Shown: positions 1 to 9,276 of the stretch, piece after piece
Layout of the letters: each line of letters begins with the position of its first letter
Numbering within the stretch: position 1 is the stretch's first letter
Source: a virus
Strand: one strand, 5' to 3'
IMG/VR virus record: IMGVR_UViG_3300045988_101878
Location: 1-64,000 of that record
Length of the DNA: 64,000 nt
Program-made: the position numbers and the translations under genes
The notes under the pieces: generated by a model
Database searches by the model: none
What the model was told of the DNA's origin: nothing
The model's input: the letters and a program-made list of their open reading frames with translations, nothing else

Positions 1-1
1 A

Positions 2-328
2 AGCTTGGGATATAAGGTTGTCAAGCCGGGAAAGGGCAAGACTTTAGCGGAAAGGAGGAAGGCTTTTGCGGAGGCTTTGACTCCATTCCTTGAAAAGGGC
101 TACTCAAAGGAAATGCTTAGGGACTTCTACAACTACTGGGCACAGGTTAACGAGGGTGGCACGAAGATGCACTGGGAGAAGCAGAAGACGTTTGAGATAG
201 CACGAAGGTTGGCTACTTGGAAGAGGAACGAGAACGAACGTAAACAATCACGGCATCCACAACAGTTGGACATCGGCATGGTGTACAAGCAGGAGGAGGA
301 TGGATTTAAAGACGAAGAGACATGGTAG
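2..328 (+). CDS. 3' part of an early gene truncated by the window edge; possibly a replication-organizer accessory protein
   Basis: The frame is open from base 2. Stop TAG 326-328 overlaps the ATG (322) of the DnaC-like gene (ATGGTAG), suggesting coupling. Function is inferred only from this linkage. Confidence 0.5.
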   Translation, partial: SLGYKVVKPGKGKTLAERRKAFAEALTPFLEKGYSKEMLRDFYNYWAQVNEGGTKMHWEKQKTFEIARRLATWKRNENERKQSRHPQQLDIGMVYKQEEDGFKDEETW

Positions 329-924
329 GAAAAGACATAAAAACCGTGTGGGAGGAATATGAGAAGTCGCTGCAAGGCACGGGCTTCTTCGGCACCCCCA
401 AAAAGGTGGACATACACATCGAAAATGCAAAGGCTCTGCTCATGAGCGGTCTGCGCTATTACTGTGGCGAGAGTGCCGTGTGGCAGCCAGAGTATGACGG
501 TGTGGCGGAATGGCTGACGGACAACAAGGGGCGTGGATTGTGGCTTTGCGGTGAGTGTGGACGTGGCAAGACGCTGATAGGGGCGAAGATTCTGCCCGTG
601 CTGTTCAACTTCTATCACTTTCCTCGCCAGATTATCACTCTATACGATGCGAAAGACTTGAACAGCAAGTTTGACGAAATCGTAAAGAAACACATTATAT
701 ATATAGATGATGTGGGGAAGGAATCGGTGGACGTGAGCTATGGCAACAGGAATCTTAGATTCCCCGACATTGTGGACGAGGCAGAGAAGAAAGGCAATTT
801 GCTGATATTTTCTACCAACTGTTCACAGGAAAAAATGATGGAGAAATATGGTGACAGAACCGTGGACAGACTGAGGGCGATAACGAAGAAAATCGTGTTT
901 AGGGGGAAGTCGCTAAGAAAATAA
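322..924 (+). CDS. DnaC/IstB-like AAA+ ATPase (putative helicase loader)
   Basis: Walker A GECGRGKT, Walker B IIYIDDVG, then LIFSTN. The 200-aa size is typical of phage helicase loaders. Confidence 0.75.
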   Translation: MVGKDIKTVWEEYEKSLQGTGFFGTPKKVDIHIENAKALLMSGLRYYCGESAVWQPEYDGVAEWLTDNKGRGLWLCGECGRGKTLIGAKILPVLFNFYHFPRQIITLYDAKDLNSKFDEIVKKHIIYIDDVGKESVDVSYGNRNLRFPDIVDEAEKKGNLLIFSTNCSQEKMMEKYGDRTVDRLRAITKKIVFRGKSLRK

Positions 925-956
925 CAATAATAATGAAGAAATGAAAGGAGAATATT

Positions 957-1217
957 ATGGTAACAATAAGTCATGAAGTGGAATTTGAATTTGACGCTGG
1001 TGAGTATTGGGAAGAGATACTCGACGACATGAGCGTTGATGAAATCGAGGAATACCTGGAAAAGAGAAGGAAAACCTCTTACGACAAGCTTAGCTATGAA
1101 GAAGCTAAAATTGCTCTGCAAGGCGTGGCCAAGATAAAGCTGCATCCCAACCTGCTGTGTTGTAGGGATGAAGTGAAGAAGGCTGTGAACGAGGTAATGA
1201 GTGAGATTTGGATATAG
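957..1217 (+). CDS. hypothetical small acidic protein
   Basis: 86-codon ORF with AAAGGAG 7 nt upstream of the ATG. Same-strand operon context. Confidence 0.55.
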   Translation: MVTISHEVEFEFDAGEYWEEILDDMSVDEIEEYLEKRRKTSYDKLSYEEAKIALQGVAKIKLHPNLLCCRDEVKKAVNEVMSEIWI

Positions 1218-1243
1218 TAATAACTAAATAAAACAACAAGACA

Positions 1244-1972
1244 ATGTATAATAAGGATATAAATATTGCGGAGATATTGAAGGACTGCCCAATGGGGATG
1301 AAACTTTATTCGCCGCTATTCGGAAATGTTGAACTTTTTTCAGTTAGTGAAAATAATATTCCTATAAAAGTCAGAATCAGTAAGGGCAAAACATATGATT
1401 ATTATACCTTTACAAGCGAAGGGTATCATTATGTTGGTTATTACGATGCAGAATGCCTCCTTTTCCCATCCCGTGAAATGCGAGATTGGAGCAGATTCCT
1501 CAAGCCTGGAGACGTGGCAATAGATTCCTTCTATGGTTGTGGAGTTCTTGTCGAAGAATGGGCAGACGAGTCTTACACCTCTTTCAAAGCTTCTGTTTTT
1601 CAATTAAAAAAAGGTGGATTTGCAAAAAGAGACAAAAGGGTCATTTCTATAGATTGTTTTGACAAGGCAAGCGACGAACAACGTGACAAGTTCATCTCCG
1701 ACATGGAGAAGTACTTCGGTGGCAAGTATAATCCCGACATATTGCAAGTAGAGCCAGTAAAGCCCGAATGTCCGTTCAAATCGTTTGATAAGGTATTGGT
1801 GAGGGATAATAACGAACAAGAATGGAAAATAAATTTCTTCTCTCATTATAATAAGGATTTTTGCTATAAATATTACTGCTTAAAATCTTGTTATAATCAG
1901 TGCATCCCCTACGAAGGCAACGAACACCTCCTTGGCACAACAGACTCATACACGGAAGGAGGCAACAAATGA
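1244..1972 (+). CDS. hypothetical protein (242 aa)
   Basis: Long ORF with protein-like composition. Its stop TGA overlaps the next ATG (ATGA at 1969-1972). Confidence 0.65.
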   Translation: MYNKDINIAEILKDCPMGMKLYSPLFGNVELFSVSENNIPIKVRISKGKTYDYYTFTSEGYHYVGYYDAECLLFPSREMRDWSRFLKPGDVAIDSFYGCGVLVEEWADESYTSFKASVFQLKKGGFAKRDKRVISIDCFDKASDEQRDKFISDMEKYFGGKYNPDILQVEPVKPECPFKSFDKVLVRDNNEQEWKINFFSHYNKDFCYKYYCLKSCYNQCIPYEGNEHLLGTTDSYTEGGNK

Positions 1973-2217
1973 GCTGCCCCTTCTCTCTCAAAAACGTCAA
2001 GTTCCGTGAGACCGCACACATAGCCTACGAGGACGAATACGTCACGGCATACCAGTCCACCGACATCGTTCCGACGATATACAAGACCGTCAAAACCCCT
2101 CGCGACAAGAGCGGCTTGGCATCAGGCAAGCCCGAGACTTACTATTGCACTCAAAGCAGCGGGTGGGCCACGGAAGAGATATTCGTTAAATATTACCAGC
2201 AAATCAGAGAAAAATAA
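1969..2217 (+). CDS. hypothetical protein (82 aa)
   Basis: Start moved to ATG 1969, which forms an ATGA overlap with the upstream stop. The track ORF 1900-2217 would overlap the previous gene by 73 nt. Confidence 0.5.
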   Translation: MSCPFSLKNVKFRETAHIAYEDEYVTAYQSTDIVPTIYKTVKTPRDKSGLASGKPETYYCTQSSGWATEEIFVKYYQQIREK

Positions 2218-2218
2218 T

Positions 2219-2605
2219 ATGATAGACGAAAAGAAAATCACAGAAGCAGCAATTCAAAATGCTGACAAATACAATCCGTGCCGTAGCACCTTGGATAGGG
2301 AAGAGGCGTGTCGCGCATCGTTTAAAGATGGTATTGAATGGTACAAGGAAGCCATTTGGCACGACAAAAGCGAAGAGCCTACACAGGAAGGTTTAATTAT
2401 AGTACAAGGTGTTCTTAATGGCGAAAATCTTGCCATCGCTACCAACTGGAAAGAAGTTCTTCGCGAAGCCATCGAGACGGGTAAAAAAACAGGGTATACG
2501 CAAGAGGAAATTGATGAATGTCTACGTATTGCTTGGAAGGAGTTCGGAAACTTCGACAAGTGGTGCTACCTCGCCGACCTGCTACCGAAAGGAGGTGACA
2601 AATGA
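2219..2605 (+). CDS. hypothetical protein (128 aa)
   Basis: ORF starts 2 nt after the upstream stop. Its end overlaps the next ATG (ATGA at 2602). Confidence 0.6.
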   Translation: MIDEKKITEAAIQNADKYNPCRSTLDREEACRASFKDGIEWYKEAIWHDKSEEPTQEGLIIVQGVLNGENLAIATNWKEVLREAIETGKKTGYTQEEIDECLRIAWKEFGNFDKWCYLADLLPKGGDK

Positions 2606-3042
2606 TTAAAGCGAAAGACCTAAGAATAGGCGACCTTGTAATCGTTAACGAGAACTGCTCATTAGAACAAGGTACTATAGGAAAAGTATCAGAAGTACGT
2701 TCCACACCCCTATACAAAGAAAATGAAGGCAGTATTGGTCTTAAACCCATTTCAGACGACAGATGGCCGTGGGGAGTATTGTGTCGCAATATCGACCCCA
2801 TCCCCCTTACCCCCGAAATCCTCAAAAAGAACGGGTGGAAGAAGAGAACAGAAGGATGGTACTTTATGATGATTAGTAAATACATGTATTTGTCAGTAGA
2901 GTTTGGATATGAAAATGGTATAAGAGTTTTCTTAAAACGCACTACTGATGGACTTTATGTAAAACTTAATACTGCAAATAACGTCCACGAGCTACAGCAT
3001 ATACTTTGGGCACTGGGCAAGGACGCAAACTTAAAGATTTAA
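2602..3042 (+). CDS. hypothetical protein (146 aa)
   Basis: GAAAGGAGG lies 6 nt upstream of the ATG. Coupled to the upstream gene. Confidence 0.6.
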   Translation: MIKAKDLRIGDLVIVNENCSLEQGTIGKVSEVRSTPLYKENEGSIGLKPISDDRWPWGVLCRNIDPIPLTPEILKKNGWKKRTEGWYFMMISKYMYLSVEFGYENGIRVFLKRTTDGLYVKLNTANNVHELQHILWALGKDANLKI

Positions 3043-3047
3043 AAAAG

Positions 3048-3698
3048 ATGAAGAAAATCATGTTCAACGACAAGTACCTCCTCACACAAGAGGTACTTAA
3101 AGGTCATAAGACGCAGACAAGGCGTATTCTGAATCCTACAATGTTTTTCGAGCGTTTGAACACGTACGAAGGCTGGACAAAAGAATCTATTGCTGATTGG
3201 AAGGAATATTGTAAAGACCGACTTTATAAAGCAGAGGGTGAAGAACTGAAAGAAATGCTTGATTACGCCTTGGAACATTCACTATACAAGGTTGGAGAAA
3301 ATGTAGCTATTGCGCAAAGATACATAGACCTTGTAAGCAATGATGAGTTCTATCGCCTTTGTGGCATTCATGGGATACCATTAGAGTGTATTAAATACGA
3401 GAAAGGTTGCAAAAACAAAATGTTCGTTAAAGCAAACCTTATGCCCCACCGCATCCGCATCACCAACATTCGTATCGAGCGCCTGCAAGACATCAGCGAA
3501 GAGGATTGTTTGGCTGAGGGTATCGTGGATTTTGAGAGCAGAATAAACAAGGCGCATTTTTACAGCATCACAGATGAATCTGCCACCTATGGGACAGCCA
3601 AAAAACCATACTCCCTGCTCATTGACAAAATCTGTGGTAAGGGCACATGGAAATCTAACCCTTACGTCTTCGTCTATGAGTTCGAATTAATAAAATAA
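3048..3698 (+). CDS. possible ASCH-like (PUA-fold) domain protein
   Basis: N-terminus MKKIMFNDKYLLTQEVLKGHKTQTRR resembles the K-T-x-T-R-R opening of many phage ASCH-type proteins (from memory, not searched). Start set at ATG 3048, just after stop 3040-3042. Confidence 0.4.
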   Translation: MKKIMFNDKYLLTQEVLKGHKTQTRRILNPTMFFERLNTYEGWTKESIADWKEYCKDRLYKAEGEELKEMLDYALEHSLYKVGENVAIAQRYIDLVSNDEFYRLCGIHGIPLECIKYEKGCKNKMFVKANLMPHRIRITNIRIERLQDISEEDCLAEGIVDFESRINKAHFYSITDESATYGTAKKPYSLLIDKICGKGTWKSNPYVFVYEFELIK

Positions 3699-3704
3699 CA
3701 AGCT

Positions 3705-3935
3705 ATGGGTTTAGAAAGAGTAAAGCAGCTTAGAAACGAATACGCAGAACAGCATATTATTTCAATTGAGCAGTTCGAGAAATTCCAAGAGCGTCTATAC
3801 AGCCAAGAAGCAGTTGTACCAGAACCTCCACAAACTCCTCAACCAAGCAGTACCTTCGACTATGCTCAAATGACACGTCAACAGCGTAGAGCATACGAAA
3901 GAAGACTTGCAAAGGAGAACAAAAGAAAATATTAA
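3705..3935 (+). CDS. hypothetical protein (76 aa)
   Basis: ORF in operon context with a basic C-terminus. Confidence 0.5.
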   Translation: MGLERVKQLRNEYAEQHIISIEQFEKFQERLYSQEAVVPEPPQTPQPSSTFDYAQMTRQQRRAYERRLAKENKRKY

Positions 3936-3954
3936 CAACATAACAAATACAACT

Positions 3955-4368
3955 ATGAACAAAGAAATGAAACAGTACATTGGTACTAAGATTGTAAAGG
4001 CTATGCCTATGACAATGACAAAAGCACAGAAAATGCTTGGTAGAGAAATAAAGCCTACAACCGTTGAAGAAGATGGCTACTTGGTAGAGTACAAGGATGG
4101 ATATAGGTCTTGGTCTCCTAAGAGTGTGTTTGAGGAAGCCTACAAGCCAGCCGAAACATTCTTGGATAGACTATCTATAGAGCAACATGAACTGACAGAA
4201 AAGGTTGATAAGTTACGTAAGTTCTTGTCTGTAGAAGATGCACAAATGAAAGTTGGAAGTTTTCAGTTTGTAAGAATGACAGAGCAACTTGAAGCTATGG
4301 AAAAGTACCTCAATATCTTAATTAGAAGAATTGATGACTTAAAAAATGAAGGTACGACTTGCAACTAA
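3955..4368 (+). CDS. conserved-looking phage protein: small N-terminal domain plus C-terminal coiled coil
   Basis: Start set at ATG 3955 (MNKEMKQYIGTKIVKAMPMT...). Followed by a 9-bp hairpin at 4386-4410. Confidence 0.55.
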   Translation: MNKEMKQYIGTKIVKAMPMTMTKAQKMLGREIKPTTVEEDGYLVEYKDGYRSWSPKSVFEEAYKPAETFLDRLSIEQHELTEKVDKLRKFLSVEDAQMKVGSFQFVRMTEQLEAMEKYLNILIRRIDDLKNEGTTCN

Positions 4369-4425
4369 CAGAGTAACTAACCATCCTCTCCCTGGTGACA
4401 GCAGGGAGAGATAAACAAAACAAAC

Positions 4426-4680
4426 ATGGAGAATATAATTGACAAAATACTCATGTCACTACCAACTATTGACATCAACCCTGATGATTGTGTAGTAAGA
4501 ATGAGTGATAAAGGAGAGTATACACCCTTCTTATGTCTTTGCGACAGTAAATGGCAGCTTTATTGGTCGGATGGTGATAATTATTATTTCCCTGTTAAAG
4601 AAGAAAATACTCCTACCGAGGCAATACAAAAGGCTTATGACTATTGTGTAGAACAAGGATGGATAAAAAAGGAGGACTAA
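4426..4680 (+). CDS. hypothetical protein (84 aa)
   Basis: ORF in operon context. Confidence 0.5.
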   Translation: MENIIDKILMSLPTIDINPDDCVVRMSDKGEYTPFLCLCDSKWQLYWSDGDNYYFPVKEENTPTEAIQKAYDYCVEQGWIKKED

Positions 4681-4682
4681 CA

Positions 4683-4847
4683 ATGAGCAAAGTAGAAATA
4701 GACAAAGAAGATTTTCTTAATCTCTTAAACCGAATACACAAAATAGCTGAGAGGGCTTTATTTAATGAAGGATTTGATCCTCACGACTGGGGAGAAGTTG
4801 AAAACTTGGTTGAGGAAATGACTTTAAAATTGAAGGGATTATTATGA
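4683..4847 (+). CDS. hypothetical protein (54 aa)
   Basis: ATG 4683 is preceded by AAAAAGGAGG. Its end overlaps the next ATG (ATGA 4844). Confidence 0.45.
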   Translation: MSKVEIDKEDFLNLLNRIHKIAERALFNEGFDPHDWGEVENLVEEMTLKLKGLL

Positions 4848-5053
4848 ATGTATTCTTTTATAAAAAAGAGGATGAGGAAAATTCCATATTGGAATATGAA
4901 ACATGCCGTTACAATAATATTCCTCGTATAGGTGAGGAAGTTATCATTAAAAACAAATGGTATCTTGTAGAAAAGATAGTAAATAGATATAAAGAACTGA
5001 AAAACTTTACATTTACAGATGTATATATTTTTCTTAAAGAATTGGAGGACTAA
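4844..5053 (+). CDS. hypothetical protein (69 aa)
   Basis: Coupled ORF in operon context. Confidence 0.5.
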   Translation: MNVFFYKKEDEENSILEYETCRYNNIPRIGEEVIIKNKWYLVEKIVNRYKELKNFTFTDVYIFLKELED

Positions 5054-5055
5054 CA

Positions 5056-5439
5056 ATGGACAGAAAAAAGACAGCAGAACGCATCAAAATAATGCAAGCA
5101 TTCGTCGATGGCAAACTGATAGAATTCAAGGATTGTATGGGACGTTGGTGTGTAGCAGTAAATCCTTTATGGGATTGGGATAGTGGAGAGTATCGCATTA
5201 AGCCAGTACAAAAGTATCGCCCATTCGCTAATACAGAAGAGTGTTGGCAGGAGATGTTGAAGCATCAACCATTTGGATGGATAAAAGACAAAGAAAATGG
5301 GGCTTACGTTATGATTACGAAAGTTTATGACGATTCAGGTGAAATGTCTATCAACGGTAATACGGGATGGGATTTTTTTAAACTTATGAATTACTACACA
5401 TTTCCCGACGGCACTCTCTTCGGTTTAAAGGAGGAATAA
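5056..5439 (+). CDS. hypothetical protein (127 aa)
   Basis: TTGGAGG lies upstream of the ATG. Trp-rich globular-looking sequence. Confidence 0.6.
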   Translation: MDRKKTAERIKIMQAFVDGKLIEFKDCMGRWCVAVNPLWDWDSGEYRIKPVQKYRPFANTEECWQEMLKHQPFGWIKDKENGAYVMITKVYDDSGEMSINGNTGWDFFKLMNYYTFPDGTLFGLKEE

Positions 5440-5441
5440 TC

Positions 5442-5858
5442 ATGAGCAACAGAACAATCAAATTCAAGGGCAAATGTATCAGTCCAGAGTTTAAAGGCAA
5501 AACAGCGTGTGGCTCGCTCCTTACGTTCCCCGATGGAACGGCAAGGATATTCGAGCACGACCACGACAAGGTATTCAATTACTATAGTGTAGACCCCGAG
5601 ACCGTCAGTCAATTCACAGGATTAACAGACAAGAACGGCAAGGAGATTTATGACGGCGACATCCTCGCCCACAATGACAAAGTTATTGGTCATGTTGTTG
5701 GTGGTGTTCGAGGTTACTGCTTCGATGTGTTGTATGCCAACACAAGCACATGGTCGTTATATGGGGTCGTTGTCAACGATTATGAAGGCGATGTAGAGGT
5801 TGTAGGCTCCATTCATGACCAAGAATGGCAGAAAAAATTGAACATTAAAAAAGAATAG
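5442..5858 (+). CDS. YopX-like protein
   Basis: Motif QFTGLTDKNGKEIYDGDIL matches the characteristic YopX core (TGL.DKNGK.IYEGDI). AAAGGAGG lies upstream. Confidence 0.7.
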   Translation: MSNRTIKFKGKCISPEFKGKTACGSLLTFPDGTARIFEHDHDKVFNYYSVDPETVSQFTGLTDKNGKEIYDGDILAHNDKVIGHVVGGVRGYCFDVLYANTSTWSLYGVVVNDYEGDVEVVGSIHDQEWQKKLNIKKE

Positions 5859-5861
5859 CAT

Positions 5862-6233
5862 ATGAAAGCAAGATTAGCAAAGAAGATAATTAAGGCGAGT
5901 GGTACTTATTGTTTCTATTGTAGGAATTGCGACACTCACAGTAGATATAAGTATCATCCGTATTGGACAAGCCATTGGAACTACTATGGTTCTCGGATGG
6001 GAGACGTTCCCTCAGCAGTTTGGAAGTTAGACCAACGCTTGAATGCAGCTTTGCGACGGCTGCCTCAATATACACAGAAACTGTCGAGTGCTGTTGAGGA
6101 AAAGCTGATGGAGATAAAAAGAAACAGACTACACAAGATGTTGGAACGAGTAAAAGCCCGACAAAGCAGTAAGGAAGGGGGCAGTAATGGGAAGGCTGAT
6201 TTCTCAATATCCAGTAAGATGGAGAGTCTATAA
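5862..6233 (+). CDS. small basic protein, paralogue of 6380-6730
   Basis: Opens MKARLAKKIIK, compared with MKIRIAKKKLKK in the neighbouring gene. Confidence 0.5.
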   Translation: MKARLAKKIIKASGTYCFYCRNCDTHSRYKYHPYWTSHWNYYGSRMGDVPSAVWKLDQRLNAALRRLPQYTQKLSSAVEEKLMEIKRNRLHKMLERVKARQSSKEGGSNGKADFSISSKMESL

Positions 6234-6411
6234 CGGCAATCTGTTAGACCGGGAAGCGAGTCGTGAGCTTACCGTGCTCTGCCAAAGGCGCATGGAAGAG
6301 GAAAAGAGGAAGAGGGAGTTTGTTCCTTATAGGACTTACTTCCGCTCCTCAATGTTTAATATTATAAAATGGAAACGGTATGAAAATACGTATTGCAAAG
6401 AAAAAGCTTAA
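6187..6411 (+). CDS. doubtful small ORF overlapping both neighbours
   Basis: 74-codon ORF overlapping 5862-6233 by 47 nt and 6380-6730 by 32 nt. No independent support. Confidence 0.25.
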   Translation: MGRLISQYPVRWRVYNGNLLDREASRELTVLCQRRMEEEKRKREFVPYRTYFRSSMFNIIKWKRYENTYCKEKA

Positions 6412-6730
6412 GAAGGTATTATCTGAAGCCTATCGTATAAACAAAAGGCGTGTGAAACTGTCGAGGACGTATTTTGCTTTTAGAAGTGGATATGGTTATC
6501 GGTATCGCGACGGTAGTATTAATTATTACTTTATAAGAATACGAGAGAAAAAGAGAAAGAAACCAACAATTTTAACCAGAAGGAGTCTGCGTCGGTTCGT
6601 GAAAAATATGTTCAAGGCTGACGAAAGGAAACATGTGTCCGAGACAGAAACAATGGAAGAAGCATATCGTCAACCTCCAAGAACACGTAGATGTCGTAGG
6701 ACACATGGCAATGTCAATAACAGTAAATAA
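6380..6730 (+). CDS. small, very basic protein, paralogue of 5862-6233
   Basis: Shares the N-terminal MK-x-R-x-AKK motif. Arg/Lys-rich. Confidence 0.5.
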   Translation: MKIRIAKKKLKKVLSEAYRINKRRVKLSRTYFAFRSGYGYRYRDGSINYYFIRIREKKRKKPTILTRRSLRRFVKNMFKADERKHVSETETMEEAYRQPPRTRRCRRTHGNVNNSK

Positions 6731-6758
6731 TAAAGTACAACATTAAAAAACAAATAAT

Positions 6759-7064
6759 ATGAAGATTAACATTTTAGATTTTTTCATGGCAGCATTGCAG
6801 CTTGCCTTTATCGTGTTGAAAATCTGCGGAGTGATTAACTGGTCGTGGTGGGTAGTGCTCATACCGATTCTCCTGTTTGCAGTTATCAATATCGCTGCAT
6901 ATTTGTTCTTATGGTGGGCAGAGAGCTACAAGAAGCGTAGACTCAAAAAGCTGTTCGGAACAGCCAACCCTCTTGAAATCCGTATAAATAAAATACAGAA
7001 GCAGAGAGAAGAGTTAGAGCGTAAACGCAAGGAGAGAATGAAACAGATGGACATGGACAAGTAA
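6759..7064 (+). CDS. small membrane protein (2-3 predicted TM helices)
   Basis: Hydrophobic stretches FFMAALQLAFIVLKICGVI, WSWWVVLIPILLFAVINIAAYLFLWW, then a basic coiled tail. Confidence 0.6.
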   Translation: MKINILDFFMAALQLAFIVLKICGVINWSWWVVLIPILLFAVINIAAYLFLWWAESYKKRRLKKLFGTANPLEIRINKIQKQREELERKRKERMKQMDMDK

Positions 7065-7074
7065 TAAGCAATCT

Positions 7075-7428
7075 ATGGAGAAAAGAATTATCTACAGAAC
7101 AGAGGTTTCTGTTAGCAACATGATGTTGGAAGCAGAAAAAGGGATGGAGATTTGCAGCGAGGAGGTAGAGGAGGCCTTTCTGGCGGGATATATATCCCAT
7201 TACTCGCGAAGAAAGCTGTTCGGCTTAATCCAATTGCCCGACAAATACGTGTACAAAGTATATCCTCACCTAATTGTGCGTAATAAATACACTAATAACG
7301 TATACGCAAAAGAACTAAGTTTCTTGAGCTTCGAAAGCAAGAAGCGACTGATGGAGGAGCAACAGAACTTGGAGTCATGGCTGCGCAACAAGTGCAAGCA
7401 GTACAAGCAAAGCAAGCAGGATGAATAA
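7075..7428 (+). CDS. hypothetical protein (117 aa), last gene of the rightward early operon
   Basis: ORF followed directly by a strong terminator. Confidence 0.55.
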   Translation: MEKRIIYRTEVSVSNMMLEAEKGMEICSEEVEEAFLAGYISHYSRRKLFGLIQLPDKYVYKVYPHLIVRNKYTNNVYAKELSFLSFESKKRLMEEQQNLESWLRNKCKQYKQSKQDE

Positions 7429-7429
7429 C

Positions 7430-7477
7430 AAAAAGCGGATGGAGAGGGAAGCAAAACCCCTACTCCATCCGCTTTTT
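7430..7477. terminator. bidirectional rho-independent terminator
   Basis: AAAAA-GCGGATGGAG (7435-7444), 18-nt loop, CTCCATCCGC (7463-7472)-TTTTT. Lies between convergent genes. Confidence 0.85.
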
Positions 7478-7480
7478 CGT

Positions 7481-7945
7481 TTAAGAGTTCACATACCACC
7501 AAATCTTGTCTGTTGGATGGTCGGTATCCTCGTCAAGGAGAAAGCTGCGTGCCAGCTCACACGACTTCTGTAGCAGCCGTGTGCGGTCGCGGAACCATGA
7601 GCGGAGTGTCTCGATATGGTTTGAGTACATGAGATTGACAGTCACACAAAAGTCCCAAAAATTATAATCGTCGGGCAGGGTTGGCTGCATTTTGTCGTAA
7701 GCTGACTTTATCTCCTCGTATGCAAAGAACGGAGCATAGCATTTGTGCGTGTCGTCAACGAAGTAATACATTCGCGCGATGGTTGCACGTGCATTGTCTT
7801 CCTTGAAATGGTGGTCGGAGTCGAGGAGGTAGAGCATTTTGTGGAGAGCAGACTCCATTTCCTCGTCGGTCATCCCGCATGTGTTATTGCGGATGCGGAA
7901 TGCTGCGCTATCGAAAGCGTCAGCAAGTAAGTTGCGTACATTCAT
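7481..7945 (-). CDS. hypothetical protein (154 aa)
   Basis: ORF ending just before the terminator. Globular helical-looking sequence. Confidence 0.6.
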   Translation of the reverse strand: MNVRNLLADAFDSAAFRIRNNTCGMTDEEMESALHKMLYLLDSDHHFKEDNARATIARMYYFVDDTHKCYAPFFAYEEIKSAYDKMQPTLPDDYNFWDFCVTVNLMYSNHIETLRSWFRDRTRLLQKSCELARSFLLDEDTDHPTDKIWWYVNS

Positions 7946-7947
7946 AG

Positions 7948-8418
7948 TTATTTGGTTTTAGTGTTAGACGTTCTGTTGTGTCGAAAGATGCGGCATATCA
8001 CCTGCACGAAGGCACAGACATACAGAGCTAATGTCATGATTATGAGGATGAAGTCGGCATCGTACATTTCGTTGGTTATGAGACAGGAGCCGTAATATAG
8101 CCGTATTGCATTTGTGCCAATGAAGTAAACGAACGGTATACGCCATATCCAACATAGTCTGAAGAAGTGACTTGCAGGGAGCATGAAGACTACGGGGAAG
8201 ATGTAGACCATAAAATAGAGATAGGCGATGCATTCCTCGTTCTCGCGTATGTCGATAAGTATCTCGCGCGGACTGTCATGAAAGCTGTATACTCCATACC
8301 AGTGACATAGCATAATGAGGAAAGGCACGTATCTTAGAGACTTCTCGTAGAAGAAGAAAATTGAACGGTTGAGTATTATGCTCACCCCTGCTGTTGTTTG
8401 TTTAGATAACTCTTTCAT
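7948..8418 (-). CDS. multi-pass membrane protein (156 aa)
   Basis: At least four hydrophobic segments (e.g. YVPFLIMLCHWYGVY, YLYFMVYIFPVVFMLPA, FILIIMTLALYVCAFVQVI). Its stop lies 2 nt before the next start. Confidence 0.6.
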   Translation of the reverse strand: MKELSKQTTAGVSIILNRSIFFFYEKSLRYVPFLIMLCHWYGVYSFHDSPREILIDIRENEECIAYLYFMVYIFPVVFMLPASHFFRLCWIWRIPFVYFIGTNAIRLYYGSCLITNEMYDADFILIIMTLALYVCAFVQVICRIFRHNRTSNTKTK

Positions 8419-8549
8419 AAGCCTATTGTTTTATAAAAACGTAAAATTAGTAAAAATACTGACAAAGTGAAAGAGTTTGCAAAGAATTTATAAACAAATG
8501 CACGTTTTCTTGATATATATCTATTAAAAAGATAAAAAGGATGGGGAGA

Positions 8550-9254
8550 TTATTTCTCCTCATCCTCTATCACTTTTCCGACAATCCATTTGTTGCCGTA
8601 TTTCTTAATCCACATGTCGAGCCATTCGAGAGCCGAGAGCAGGTCTTTATTCTCGGTGGATGGTGCGCCTTGTTGGGTAGTGTATTCTCCATAGGACACA
8701 TGCCAGAGATTTTCGGGAGTCTTGACAATGGTGAGTGGCGAGCGGTAGGTGGAGTGTGCGTCGTATGTGCGCAAGCTTTGTGGTAAATTTTTAAACATCC
8801 GGTGGTAACGGCGGTCGGGGTGTCCTTCTGCCTTGGCGTGTAGGTCGTGAGGCAGGGGGTCGCCTTCTCTCTCAAGCTTCTCCTCGACTGCCTTACGCAC
8901 GAATGACGCTCTGTGTCCTCTCACGTTGTCAAGACGTTCGTATACTGCATCGTTCATCCAAAAGGTCATGCGCTTGGGAAATTTGGGGTCGGGCGACATG
9001 GCTGCTGCCTTGCGTTTTACGGATGGTCGTTTTGGCACATATCGCTCTATCTCCTGAATGTTGCCTTTGCTATCTCGCCTGTAAGCAAAAACAAGCGACT
9101 GCGTTATCTTGTTGTAGACCTCTGCCCTCTCGCTCTCGGGATAGTCCGCCATGAGCGACTTAATGATAGACTTTAGCTGCGTCTCACCTTGGTATGCTAC
9201 TTCCGTGCGGTCGAGTTCGAATAGGTCGTCGTAAATTACTATTATTGATTTCAT
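8550..9254 (-). CDS. protein with a central ribbon-helix-helix-like segment (234 aa)
   Basis: KRMTFWMNDAVYERLDNVRGHRASFVRKAVEEKL has the strand-helix-helix pattern of CopG/Arc-type domains. Flanking domains are unknown. Confidence 0.45.
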   Translation of the reverse strand: MKSIIVIYDDLFELDRTEVAYQGETQLKSIIKSLMADYPESERAEVYNKITQSLVFAYRRDSKGNIQEIERYVPKRPSVKRKAAAMSPDPKFPKRMTFWMNDAVYERLDNVRGHRASFVRKAVEEKLEREGDPLPHDLHAKAEGHPDRRYHRMFKNLPQSLRTYDAHSTYRSPLTIVKTPENLWHVSYGEYTTQQGAPSTENKDLLSALEWLDMWIKKYGNKWIVGKVIEDEEK

Positions 9255-9276
9255 AAGACTTCTTGTTTTAATGATG

